Of a DNA stretch of 64,000 nt, positions 50,974 to 63,440 are shown in pieces (position 1 is the stretch's first letter; every line of letters begins with the position of its first letter). Source of the DNA: Scyliorhinus canicula (lineage: Eukaryota); the NCBI RefSeq assembly GCF_902713615.1, contig NC_052158.1:37935729-37999728 (forward strand), written 5' to 3'. The notes under the pieces were generated by a model, which saw nothing but the letters and a program-made list of their open reading frames with translations, had not been told where the DNA came from and ran no database searches. The translations under genes were made by a program, and so were the position numbers.

Positions 50974-51321
50974 ATGATGGAAGCCTACCTATTTATTTTA
51001 AATATTGTTGTATTTTTGCATGTTGAAGCAAATCATGTTTCCCCCACGACCCCCACCGTTAATGTTTCCCACACACCGACTTCTCCGTGCTCAGCACTGA
51101 TCAGTGAGGTTTAGACCTGGTGCACGAAATTCATGACCTGGTACTCGATGTCGTATGTGATTGAATCACTGTTGGTGATTGCAATTCTCTGCATCATAGT
51201 ACAGACCCTCAGGTTGAGGAAATGGAAAAGGAGAGCCTCCCGTTCCTGCCCCTCAACCATTTACGGAGCTCATTCCCCTATTTTCGGTTATCACCAATAC
51301 CCCCAACCCCTTGATGCATAG
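50974..51321 (+). pseudogene. Small type I transmembrane protein ORF in the env position (115 codons, one in-frame TAG at 51112)
   Basis: MMEAYLFILNIVVFLHVEA-NHVSPTTPTVNVSHTPTSPCSALISEV*TWCTKFMTWYSMSY-VIESLLVIAILCIIVQTL-RLRKWKRRASR..PIFG..; Kozak context accATG; homolog at 55869-56237. Confidence 0.8.
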
Positions 51322-51688
51322 GAAATGTATTTATAGCCATATGTAAATAAAAACGAGACACTGATTTATTATATTGTTCTGAACTCGACTGCCGAGTCAG
51401 AAAGTGACATGCACTGTGGTGTGAATGGATAAGACTTTAGAATGTGATGAAATGTTTAAAGTAAGATGAGAGTAAGAATTGTGATAAGTAGAGGTTCCCG
51501 ATTATTGGTAATGCATGTCCCCTTTGACATAGAGCCATGTAGAAAATGTGAGTTAAAATTTTCTTGCCATAGTTAAGGACAGAGTAGACGCCCAGGAACT
51601 TGCTATGGTCAGGGAACCCAAAAAGGAACCCAAAGGAAATCGAAGTTACATAGAAGAACCATACATAGGTGTCCTTCACAATTTCTCG

Positions 51689-51708
51689 TGAGGATCACAA
51701 GGAGGGAA
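51689..51708 (+). promoter_or_regulatory. Polypurine tract of copy B
   Basis: TGAGGATCACAAGGAGGGAA directly before the 3' LTR; the same motif lies at 56604-56623 in copy A. Confidence 0.8.
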
Positions 51709-52674
51709 TGTAGCCATCTAAGATGGACACCAGTCTACAAAATGGAGAACCACAAAGAATACAGGGAAAAACAGCCATAGTAAGGACACACAGGTTGCAG
51801 AAGCATTTAGCATTTAGCACGTCCAAAACCGGTTTCAGGGCAGTTGCAGAAACTCAGCCAAAGGTGCAAATAGGAAAGCGATCTGCATACTAATGAGGTG
51901 ATACCGGCCCAGTCCCAGATATAATAGAAAAATTTTATGTATCAATCGATACTTTTCTATAGCTACCCAGCCAGGATGGCGCCAGAGAAACCAGAACAAT
52001 GACCCCTAGGAACTGCCCCAGGCATCGAGAAACGACCCCAGGATAGGGGAGTTCAAAACGTATCGATCGGGAAAGGCCCAATCGATGAGGGAACCGCCCC
52101 AAGGGGGCCTGGACCTCCTGGGAACTATAAAAAGAAGGTCCCGCACATGATTCGGTCTGTTGCATCCTGACTCCGGCCTAGGCTGTTGCATCCTGACTCC
52201 GGCCTCCGACTCCAGCCTCCAGATCCTGTCTTTCATCACCGGCCATTGAGCATCAGCCATCTATCAGTAAGTGCCCAAAACAACGATCGTTACGTGACCC
52301 AGGCATTACTTATACTCTTGCCGACTTTAATAACCAGAAGCTGCAGACCAAGAACGGGACGAAGGCCTTGACCCCTTACCTTGCCTGTTCCTTTCTAGAT
52401 AAGTATTTAGACGTTTAATAGTAGAAATAAGTATGAGTCTTTTAGCGTGTGCATGAGTATTTATTATATTTGTTATATTAAACACTAATTGTTTGGACTT
52501 ACTGATCGGTGTTTAGATTTATTGATTTGAACTTGACCTTGATAACTTGTGACGGTGTCTCTTACAGCACCTGGCGACTCCAGAGCATAGACACAGGTAC
52601 AGAGCCAAACCAGTGTTAAGCACATGTCCTTTATTGGAGGCGTGATAATCACACTAACAGTAGAACGAGCAACA
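51709..52674 (+). repeat. 3' LTR of copy B
   Basis: Direct repeat of 42838-43802. Confidence 0.95.
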
Positions 52675-55600
52675 GCGCCCAGACCCGGATGCGCTGTAAG
52701 GTATTCCCGCGCCCGCAGAATGCCGGGACCCATCTGGATTGCAAACATGCCCCCCTTAAAACCCCGCTAACTCAACCAGTGCCCGGGACCCCGCCAGACG
52801 CTACCCGGATACGTACCCAGCACCCTGGACCCCGCTATCACCCTGGACCCCGCCATACGCAGCCACCTATCTTCCACAAGGGCAGACGTCTCCCATCAGA
52901 TCCTAGGATCATCCAGCAGCAGCCACCAACCGAGGAACCGAGGGAAACGTGTCGGTCTGCTGGTTAGACTGAAGCAACGTGGTTTCAAGACCCCCTCTCC
53001 CCAGCATGCTCCTGGCAAACATTTAAGCGATTGAAAACAAGCTGGATGAAAGTAACGCCAGACTTACCTTTAAGAGGAAAGTAAGGGACTGCTGTGTGCA
53101 CTGTTTCACAGAGACATGGCTCACCCCCGCCTCACTGGACTGTGCCTTAAAACCTGGTCTCAATTCACCGGGTGGACCGCACGGCATCATCAGGCAGAGT
53201 GAAGGGTAGAGGGGTGTGCCGACTCATCAGCTCCTCCTGGTGCTTGAATGTGGCGACACTGGGGACCTACTGCTCTCCAGACCTGGCATACCTGACCGTG
53301 AAGTGCTGCCCATGCTATCTTCCACCTGAGTTCAGTTCAGCCATTATCACAGCGGTCTACATCCCGCCCCAGGCAGAAGTGAGGAAGGCGCTGGACGACC
53401 TGTACACAGTTGTAAACAACTATGAAGCAGAACACACGGAGGCCTTGTTTATCGTGGCCCGAGACCAACAAGGCCAACCTCAAGAGTGTACTGCCAAAAT
53501 TCCACCAGCACATCTCCTGTTCCACCAGGGGTGACAACACTCTTGACCACTGCTACTCAAAAGTAAAGGGCGCCTACAGTTCCATCCCCCGACCGCACTT
53601 TAGGAAATCAGACCATAAGACAGTGCTCCTTCGCCCAGAATACAATCAGAAACTCAAGCGGGATAATCCAGCTAAGAAGGTTGTGCAGTGCTGGTCCAAG
53701 GGGACAGAAGAGCTCTTATGTGACTGCTTAGAGACAGTGAACTGGCCCATATTTAAGAACTCAGTGACCAACTTAAATGAGTATGCCACCACCGTCACAG
53801 ACTTCATCAGCAAATGTGTGGACGACTGCATGCCAAATAAAGCAGTATTTACGTTCCCCAACCGGAAACCATGGCTCAATCGCAAGATTGACTCTCTACT
53901 GAAGGATAGATCTGAGGTGTTCAAAGCAGACGACCCTGACCTATACAAAACATTCAGGTACGACATCCACAAAGCCATCTCAGATGCCAAGATAGAATAT
54001 CAAACCAAGCTAGAGTCACAGACAACGTGCCTCACTGACTACCATCCAGTGGCCCTGACTTCAGTCGTAATGAAGTGCTTCGAGATGTTGACCATGAAGC
54101 ACATCACTTCCATGCTCCTAGAACACCTTGATCAACTGCAATTCACATACCGTTGCTACCGGTCCACATTCGACGCCATTTCCCTGGCCCTACACTCATC
54201 CCTCGAGCATCTCGAAAACAAGGTTTCCTACATCAGACTCATATTTATTGACTACAGCTAAGCCTTCAACTCCATAATCCCAGCCAACCTCATGTCAAAG
54301 CTCCAAAACCTAGGACTTGGCTCTCCACTCTGCAACTGGATCCTTGACTTTCTGACCAACAGACCACAATCAGTAAGAATGAACAACAACACCTCCACCA
54401 CAATAGTCCTCAATACCGGTGCCCCGCAAGGCTGCATACTTAGCCACCTACTCTACTCCCTGTGCACACACGACAGCGAGGGAAAACTTGGTTACAGCTC
54501 CATCTACAAGTTTGCTGATGAGCTGGTTCTCGAATAACGACGAATCAGAATACAGGAGGGTGATAGAAAACCTACTGGAGTGGTGTAGCGACAACAATCT
54601 CTCCCTCAAAGGCAGTAAAACTAAAGAGATGGCCATTGACTTCAGGAAACAAAGTACTGTAAACACTTCCGTCAGCATCAACGGGGCCGAGGTGGAGATG
54701 GTCATCAGTTTCAAATTCCTCGGGGTACACATCTCCAAATATCTGTCCTGGTCCACCCACGTCGATTCTACCACCAAGAAAGCACAACAGTGCCTATACT
54801 TCCTCAGGAAACTAACGAAATTCGGCTTGTCAACATTAACCCTCACCAACTTTTACAGATGCACCACAGAAAGCATCCTATCGGGCTGCTTCACAGCCTT
54901 TTATGGAAACTGCTCGGCCCAGGACCGCAAGAAACTTCAGAGAGTCATGAAAACCGCCCAGTCCATCACACGAACCTGCCTCCCATCCATTGACTCCATC
55001 TACACCTCCCGCTGCCTGGGAAAGTGGGCGGCATAATCAAAGATCCCTCCTAACCGGCTTACTCACTCTTCCAACTTGTTCCATCGGGCAGGATATACAC
55101 AAGTCTGAGAACACGCAGTCTGAAACTCAAAAACAACTTCATCCCCGCTGTCACCAGCATCCTAAATGTATCTCTTATGGACTGACCACATTAACACTAA
55201 ACCCTGTATGCTTCATCCGATGCCAGTGCTTGTGTAGTTACAATGTAAATGTTGTGTTGCCCTATTATGTATTTTCTTTTCTTCCCATGTACTTAATGAT
55301 CTGTTGAGCTGCTCGCATAAAAATACTTTTCACTGTAAATCGGTACACGTGACAATAAACAAATCCAGTCCAATCAATCCAAGTCAGCACATCCGTACAT
55401 AAAATCACATAGCCGAATGGCAAATCTGCATGGTTTCACAAAACCAGCTTAAGTCTTATGGCACACAGAACATCCATTCACACCACATCTCACTTGGAGC
55501 AGCAGATGAACACGCCCCGCCCACTGACGACCTATTTCTACCCTCCCCCAACCAGTCCAGCGACCATTAGGTCGCTCTCCATATGCTATTTACATCCTCA

Positions 55601-55868
55601 AACACTGGCACGATACACTCACAGCATCGATCACACAGGCTGCGAGACTGCTCGCACTGCGACAGTATTTTCTTCTTGTATGTCTTGTCCCAAAATATTT
55701 CTTTTTTTTTTAAATGAGGGAGTCACAGGTGGTGACCAACTTTAATGGACAATTGATAATAAAGGACAGATATACGAGACCTTAAACAAGATAATAACAC
55801 ATACGCTTGTGTCCAGAGAAATCCAGAACCACAGAAGCCATAGGAAGACCAAGAAGGAAGAAGAGAAC

Positions 55869-56237
55869 ATGAAGACATACATCATGGTCGACATTTGGAT
55901 CTTCGCAGGATCCCTACATTTGCGCCCGGATGCAACCCCCCTGACTCCTACACCACAGGATGTGAATGTTTCCCATCCCTGCCACACAACACCTGGATAC
56001 AGCCACTGATACATCAACCTCGAGACAGCCACTGATACACCGCCCTGGTGTGACAAGTTAATCACCTGATATTCCCTGTCCTACATTGTTGAAGCACTGA
56101 TAGTCATTGCAATACTCTGCAGTGTCATCCAGACACCGAGACTTAGGAAATGGCGAAGGAAAGCCTCCCGCACTCCGGTATATTCCCTCAGACCCCCTAT
56201 TTTCGGACTTCAGCAAACCCCCACTCGCTTAAAGTGA
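55869..56237 (+). pseudogene. Small TM protein ORF of copy A (homolog of 50974-51321; two in-frame stops)
   Basis: MKTYIMVDIWIFAGSLHLRPDATPLTPTPQDVNVSHPC...PPWCDKLIT*YSLSYIVEALIVIAILCSVIQTPRLRKWRRKASRTPVYSPRPPIFG, all in one frame. Confidence 0.75.
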
Positions 56238-56623
56238 ATAAAATGCATCGCCTAACTTAGTTGTTTGTTCTAATAAAAGAAAGATTAAAAATCCTGTACT
56301 TGACCTCCAAGATACAGAAACATGTATTGCTGCTGTTGTATAGTTTATGCTGTTATAAATTATTTTAAGTGACTAAGGATAGTTTAGATAAGAATAGTTA
56401 GAGGTACCCGTGTTTTAATTGTAATGCATGCCTTAATGTCATAGTGCCCCATAGAATTTTATAATAATGTGTGCATATAAAGCAATTTAAGTCAAAGTTC
56501 CAATCCATAGGAAGAGTCGAGTGGAATTTGTCCTTGACTGCGGGTGCTCGACTTAAGCAGAGAACAAGGAAGACGCAGTAACATGAGTCTTCACGCTTCA
56601 CGTTGAGGATCACAAGGAGGGAG

Positions 56624-57438
56624 TGTTGACATCTGGGATGGCCACTTTCAGAATACAAAATGGACGCTCACAGAGAATGTAGGGAAATGTGAACAATGCA
56701 GACAACAAGCAGGCATAGTGCCTGAATATATATTTGGGAAGCAGTTACCAGACAGAATCAAAACTCTGGGTCGTTTAGCATATGGTGGCGCACATCCGAG
56801 GAACAATGGACTAACACTCAGGTATTTGATACTGTTGCAGACATCCCGGCGCCAGTACCCCAACCGAAATTCACAAACAAAGCAAGACCAACCTCCACCA
56901 CAGACACGCCGAGCCATCAGGGCACCCGCCCCTTCATTTTAAGATTGATAACAGTGATCGACTAGCTGCCCAATTAATTGGGACCAAGTTTAAGGTTCGC
57001 CAAAAAGCACGCAAAGCCCCTCCAAGTACAAGAAGGAACACCCTCGAGAGATTCGCTCTCTTTGATTTGCCTCTCAAGCTGGAGAGACCTATCCACCAGC
57101 ATCACAAGAAGCAAGTAGGTCCAATATCAACGCTCTCTCCCAGATGGACGACCTTAGCTGTTCTCCTGTTATCTCCTCGAACCCGACAACCTCAGATCCG
57201 AACAAAGGCCATTGTTCCTCTGACTAAGTGGGCACCCGAAGTTAAGTATAGACGTTAGCGTCAGAGATAGTTTAGTTTGTAGTACTGTTGTGCATGAGTA
57301 AATCTTACTGTGTGTATAAATAAATAGTATTTACTTTGAACTAACTAAGTGATGTCTTTGCTCTTTGATCGGTTATCGGGTTGAATCTTGTGTCGTTATC
57401 GAGAGATACCTCGCAACTCTGAAAGTACACATAATTAA
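56624..57438 (+). repeat. 3' LTR of copy A (3' end deleted)
   Basis: Homologous to 34514-~35328; preceded by the PPT; runs directly into mid-gag sequence. Confidence 0.85.
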
Positions 57439-60400
57439 CCGTGACCCAATTATGGGACGCGTGTGAGAAAATTACACCGTTCCTCCCCACTTCAGATCCC
57501 CACCAATTCTTCACTAAGGTTAAACAGCAGGTCACCATGTACAGACTGGACGAGAGAGAGCAGATAAAGCTCACAGTTTTAATCCTCGACCCTTCAGTCG
57601 TGGCAGCGCTTCCCAACACACAGAATGTAGGAGGAGGCACCCTAACAGAGATGCACACAGCAATCCTTGATGCGATCGGCTACAACAGAGGAGACCCGGT
57701 AGAAGGTCTAAACAGATGTAGGCAAAATAAAACAAGAGCACACCACAGCTTTTGCTGGACGCTTGTGGATTCATTTCACCGCAGTTTTTGGTAAATTAGC
57801 CCGCGCCCATTTGTCCCCAGATAACATGGCAAAATGGACTCGAATCTTGGTCTCCAATGCAACAGAGGCAGGGCAGAGAGCATGCGCGAATTACGACCCC
57901 TCAGATGAGGACCACAATGAGAAATGGGATTTGAAAATGTTATCCCGCGCTTGGGAGCAATCCGTTCAGAGCAAGACCACATTTAAGAAACCCAAGGAAG
58001 AGCAGGGAGATGCAGACATGCATACATAAAAGCACACCAGAACCCCGCATGGATAAATGAGAGTAGGAACAGCCCACCCCAGCCCAAATCACAGGAGTGT
58101 TACAACTGTGGTCAGTTAGGACACTTTGCACGAGAGTGCAACGCGCTGCAGAAACAGAGAGTGCAGCAGACAGGCACCCTAAATAGAAATAGGGCAAAGC
58201 CCATACATAGTGTTAGTGCCCGTTCAGACCATGGAGACATGACCGGCACAGAGTGACGGTGTTCGGGCTCCCCCAACTTCGGTCTGCGACACCCTTTGGG
58301 ATAAGTCCGGTTGACCGGTCGTAGCAGGCAGAGTCCGGGGTCAGCCCGTTGAATTTCTTTGGGACACAGGAGGGTCCCGCACCACACTCAATTCCTCCAC
58401 GATGTTCCAGAGGGACACGTGGCCCACAACAGACACCATTTCCCTCAACGGCTTTACAGGTAATTTACAACAGGGATACGTCGCAGCCCCTGTATAAATT
58501 AAATTGGCAACATAACCACCAAGCACCCCATAGTGTTAGTCGATGTGCCCTACACAGCAGAACATATTTTAGGGATCGACTTTATGAGCTCCCATAACCT
58601 TTAATTTGATCCAGTCAATAAATGTGTTTGGAAAATGGCAAATCCATCACGAGCCCCCGCCACGCTCACAGTAGGAGAGTATGTAAACTGGATTAGCTCA
58701 GTAGGAGACTACTGCTTCGACCCGCGAACCATTAGTGCAGACAAACAGGTTAGGGCAGTCCGGCAAGAACACAAAGCAGCATTTGCACAGCACAAGCACG
58801 ACTGTGGCAGAATGGCTGGCTCTGTGCAGATTACAGGTCCTGACCCCAGACCCCAGAAGCAGTACGGATTTCCCCAAGAAGCAGAGGGAGAAATCGCGAA
58901 AGTTATAGATAACTTGTTAGACCACGGCGTACTGAGATCAGTAGCCTCCACTAATAATGCCCCGATTTCGCCTGTCAGGAAACCGGATGGATAATGGCGA
59001 CTGAGCATTGCTTACCGGGAACTGAACAAAGTCACCCCAGCAGCAGTCCCCACCTTAGCCACAAGTCCCGAGACCATGCTCAAGCAGGGACTCCAAACAC
59101 GATTCTACGGTTTTGGACATGAGTAAAGGGTTTTGGTCCATTCCATTAGCTAAAACGTGCCAGTACAAATTTGCCTTCACCTTTAACGGACAGCAGTATA
59201 CGTGGACATGCCTTCCAAAAGGCTTCCACAACTCCCACTCCATTTTCCACCGACAGCTGGCAAATGGATTAGCTGAATTTTCCCGCCCCGAATGTCAGGT
59301 CCAGTATGTAGACGACCTGCTACACAAAAGTCAGACAGAAAAGCAGAGCACATTTCGCTTCTAGCAGAACACCTAGGACTCCTCAAAGAAATTGACTGTA
59401 AGGTAAACCCCAAAAAGGCCCAGAGTTTGGAAGAAAAAGTGATATACTTGGGAACAGTTATCACACATGGTAAACGCCAGATCGAGCAGAAGAGGATTGA
59501 CTCGATTGTCAAATTCCCCTTCCCCACAATGTCTCAGCCCTGCGGTCATTTTTAGGGCTGGTTGGCTACTGCCAAAGGCACATGGACGGTTTCGCCACGA
59601 AGGCAGCGCCCCTATCCGAACTTCTCAAGAAGCAGGCGCCTTGGGAATGGCTTCAACAGATACCGTGGATGTTTAAAAAGAGCACTCAGCACATCCCCGC
59701 ACAATAGGTCCCAGACCCACTTTCTCTGTATGCTATCGAAGAAGTCGAACCCTTTCGGCTGTGCTCCTCCAGGAACGCCATGACCAGTAAAGACCCGTGG
59801 CATAAGCCTCACGAGTGTCGAGCAAGGATTTTCTACCTGTGAAAGGCACCCGGTCGCAGTTTTTTGGTCAGTACAGTACTTCTCATACATCACAGGACTC
59901 AACCCCATCACCATCCTCACCGAACACACCCCAACACAGATTTTATTAGACGGCCAACTTAAAAATGGCACAGTCAGCAAAATCCGAGCAGCCCGTTGGA
60001 CCCTTCTTTTACAGGGATGGGACATCACAGTTAAAAGAACAAAAACACAAACCTTCCTTGCAGACAATTTACAGTACCCAGGCACCCCCTCATGAATGTG
60101 AGATTATCTCCACACAGCACAAGACAGGCCCATTCATTCAAAAGACACCTCCCAGGAAAATAGGTTCCACACACACAGAGACCCCAGCCCACAGACACGT
60201 GCGCACCCCTGAAGATTTATGTGGACGGCTCCTCCACAGTTTTGAATGGCAAACGCATAACAGGTTGCGGCATTTATGTAGAGGACGTGCAGGGACGTGC
60301 CCTAGAAGAGATTTCCCGAAAGTTGCCAGGACACTTAGGCTCGCAGGCAGCAGAGCTGGCAGCAATCGCATACATAGTAGACCACCCCGACTCATTCCCC

Positions 60401-60675
60401 ACTCCAGCCGACATCTATTCAGACAGCCTGTATGTCTGAAATAGTTTGACGGAATTCCTACCCCTGTGGGAAACAAGAGAATTTGGTTAAGCAGACGGAA
60501 AACCCCTACCATCAGCCCCATTACTCCGCCATATTTTACAGCAGGCAAAGGAAAGGAAATACGGAATTGTCAAAGTTCGCAGTCACCACCGTTCTTCCCC
60601 CCACTCGTAATATTAAAGCAGACGCCCTAGCAAAGGTAGGTTCTAGACATGGTTATTTTTGGAACCACCGTGAAT
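57439..60675 (+). mobile_element. LTR element copy C: internal fragment (gag CA-NC, PR, RT, tether, RNase H), truncated at both ends
   Basis: TQLWDACEKITPFLPTSDPHQFF, CYNCGQLGHFAREC, FLWDTGGS, LPKGFHNS, YVDD, VDGSS..SQAAELAA..IYSDSLYV. No integrase or downstream LTR. Confidence 0.88.
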
Positions 60676-60789
60676 CCACGGCCACCGTGCTGGCACCTGT
60701 AAAAAGCTATGTTGTGTAATACACCGCTGTTCAGGTAATATGTAGTCAGGCAGCGTTAATAATTAACCTCAGACTGAAAAATGTCCTTG

Positions 60790-63440
60790 AAACATCAACC
60801 AGAACGTGTGAGAATATTGCATTCAGCTTGAGTGTGGAAAACGTGGGTAAAAAACCCCGGTGCCAAAGTTAAATATGGAAATTGCAAACGGATACGTGCA
60901 GTTGTTTGGCGTGGATTGGAAATGAGTTTAGCAGAAATTAACGTCGATGAGCAATTAAAATAGTACATGACTCCCAACAATGTTAAGTCCCAGAAAGTGA
61001 GGAAATTTGTACTAAGGGGATAAATCAACTATTAATGAAGTTAAGGATAGTGTGAAACGAAAACAAAAAGACACAATATGTATAAAAGATTAATATTATG
61101 CCAGAGGAATGGTAATGTTTCACAAATGAAGAAAATGACATCAAAACAAACAATCAACGGGAGAATCCAAACTCTGAGAGTAAAATAGAATATACTATGA
61201 AAACGGACAAGAATAGCATAGTTAAATATTTAAAAGGAAGCCCGAATCTCCAGGGATCGTATTTCCCTTAAAGAAGAAGAATGGGTAGATGATTGGTAAC
61301 AAGTAAAGGGACGAAGAGTTAAATTAATATGTTGCATCACTCCTCACGATAGAAGACCCTACCACATTCCATTGGTGACAAGGAAAGTGAAGAAGAGTTA
61401 AATTAAGATGTTGCATCATTTCTCACGATAGAAAACCCTACGACATTTCAAAAACACTACCTATGGTGGTGTGGGAACAGATATAAAATTACTAAATTGA
61501 CAAACTGTTCCATGGAAATTATTTGTGTTAAAGATAGATAGGTCACTTGGATCTGCTGGGTTGCATCATAGGATATTAGCGGAAGTGGGGACAGAAATAC
61601 CGTATGCACTAATATTAATATTTCAAAAATACAGAAAATTATGGAGAAGTCCCAGAGGATTTCAAAACAGCCTATGCAACAGGCTTATTCAAAACGGGAG
61701 GGAGGAAAAATCAGATAACTGCAGGCTTAACATCTACCACTTGGAAAATATACCTATTGGAGTCTGCACGTTCTGCCCGTGACTGCCTTGGTTTCCTCCG
61801 TATGCTCCGGTTTCCTCCCACAGTGCAAAGATGTGCAGGTTAGGTGGATTGGCCATGCTAAATTGCACTTAGTGTCCAAAAAAGGTTAGGTGGGGTTATT
61901 GGGTTACGGGGGTAGGTTGGAAGTCTGGACATAAGTGGGGCGCCCCTTCCAAGGGGCGGTGCAGACTTGATGGGTCGAATGGACTCCTTCTGCACTGTAA
62001 ATTATGAGATTCTATGAGATTACAATATATGTGATAAAAGAACATTGCTTCATAAATTATATCTGGGAAATATGTTGCAGTACTTGTGGACGTAAGGAGA
62101 GGATTGATAAAGTAGAACCAACGGATATTATGTGCTTCCCTGGAGAAAATGCCATAAAATCTCAGCAGGTCTCGCAGCATTTGGACGGAGAGAATAGATC
62201 TCACGTTTCGAGTCCAGATTCCCCTTTGTCAAAGCTCTGCTGAGAATTTCAACCATTTTCTCTTTGGTTTCAGATTGCAGGATCCACAGTGATTTGCTTT
62301 ATCCAGATATTATATGCTTGCTTTTCCAAAAACGGTTTCGAAAAGATACCAGAGAACAGGTTACTTAATAAGAAAAGAGCCCTTACTGTTGGGGCTGGTA
62401 TATTAAGCATGATTAGGGATTGGCGAACACATATAAAACAGAGAGCGGGGTAGAGGGGAATTTCTCAAGAAGGAAGTCTGCAACCAGTGGAATGCCACTG
62501 GGGCCAGTGCTGGGGCCACAATAATTTGCAATATCGGTACATGACTTGGCCTAAGGAAGCGAATATCCTATTGCCATGTTTGAGGATGACACAAAATTGG
62601 AAGTAATGTCTAATGGTGAGTGCGACACAAAGAGGTAAAGCTGGAACATGAACAGGTTACATGATTGGCAACAACATGTCGGCTGGAATGTGTTGCAGGA
62701 ACATAGGAAGTTACGCACATTGTTCAGAAGAATAAAGGAGCTGAGTATTATTTTAATTGGGAAAGACAGCAGAAAGCTGCAGCGCAGAGAGATAAATCAC
62801 AAATCGCCAACATGCAAGGTAGACCTGAACTAGGGAAGAGAAATTGAATTTCGGTCATTATTTTTAAGGGAAACGAGATATTAATATCGGGATGTATTGC
62901 TAAAACCACACAAGTCACGAGAAAGGCGACACTTGGAGCATTGCAAACAGTTTTTGTGCTCCCAGCTAAGAAACAAAGCATGTACTGGCTCTGGAGGTTG
63001 TCCGGAGAATGTAAAGCAGATTCATCCTGGGTATCGGGGAATTTTCTAATGGCGCGATGTTGAGTAAGTTAAGCCTGTGGTCATTGGCATTTAGAAGAAT
63101 GAAGAACAATCTTATAGAGACAATCATACGATTTTCAGGGGGATGAACAGGGAAATTCTGAGAGGTCGTTTCCCATTTGGAGAGCGCCTTGGACCTGAGG
63201 GCATAACCTCAGAGTAAGTAGTTACCAAATAAAGAGAACAATGAGGGGGAGGATTTTCTCTTACAGCAGATTCTCTAGTGAGTCTGCAGAATTTCTTTGC
63301 ATCAGTGGGCTTTGATGGATTTGAAGTCACGTATTTTAATTTATTCTGGCATAGACAGATGTTTATTCAGTGAGGAACCCAGGGCTAACAAACTTAATTT
63401 AAATAAACAGCGGAGCAAATACGAAGAAATAATGGCATGA
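60790..63440 (+). mobile_element. Highly degenerate CR1 with an HE1 SINE (61757-62017, +) and a Penelope-like palindrome (62140-62300) inserted
   Basis: Eroded CR1 motifs (GLHHRIL, GMPLGPVLGP, FEDDTK). Confidence 0.55.

Larger units (their letters stand above)
42838..52674 (+). mobile_element. LTR element copy B (younger, near-complete): LTR-PBS-gag-pol-small TM ORF-PPT-LTR, no env
   Basis: Two highly similar ~965 bp LTRs (TGTAGCC...GCAACA), GCGC on both flanks, all retroviral enzyme motifs present. Confidence 0.95.
42369..55380 (+). mobile_element. Rex1/Babar LINE inserted in copy A integrase, itself split by copy B (pieces 42369-42835 and 52675-55380)
   Basis: APE motifs (CFTETW, TLDHCY, SDHK) and RT motifs ([27 protein letters not shown]) in 52990-55036; (CAATC)n tail; AAGT duplicated at 42365-42368 and 55381-55384, restoring IN DKVSTSV. 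Confidence 0.85.
34514..57438 (+). mobile_element. LTR element copy A (older, retrovirus-like, env-less) carrying nested insertions
   Basis: 5' LTR 34514-35386, PBS at 35391, gag from 35705, pol to 42368 resuming at 55381, small TM ORF 55869-56237, PPT, 3' LTR 56624-57438. Confidence 0.88.

Noticed and set aside
50084-51708. A conventional env gene
   Set aside because: No long ORF, furin site plus fusion peptide, or CX6CC motif is visible; only the small TM ORF is supported.
61313-61449. ~58-bp direct repeat resembling a repeat-spacer unit
   Set aside because: Only two copies within a decayed CR1; a local duplication, not CRISPR, in a eukaryotic context.
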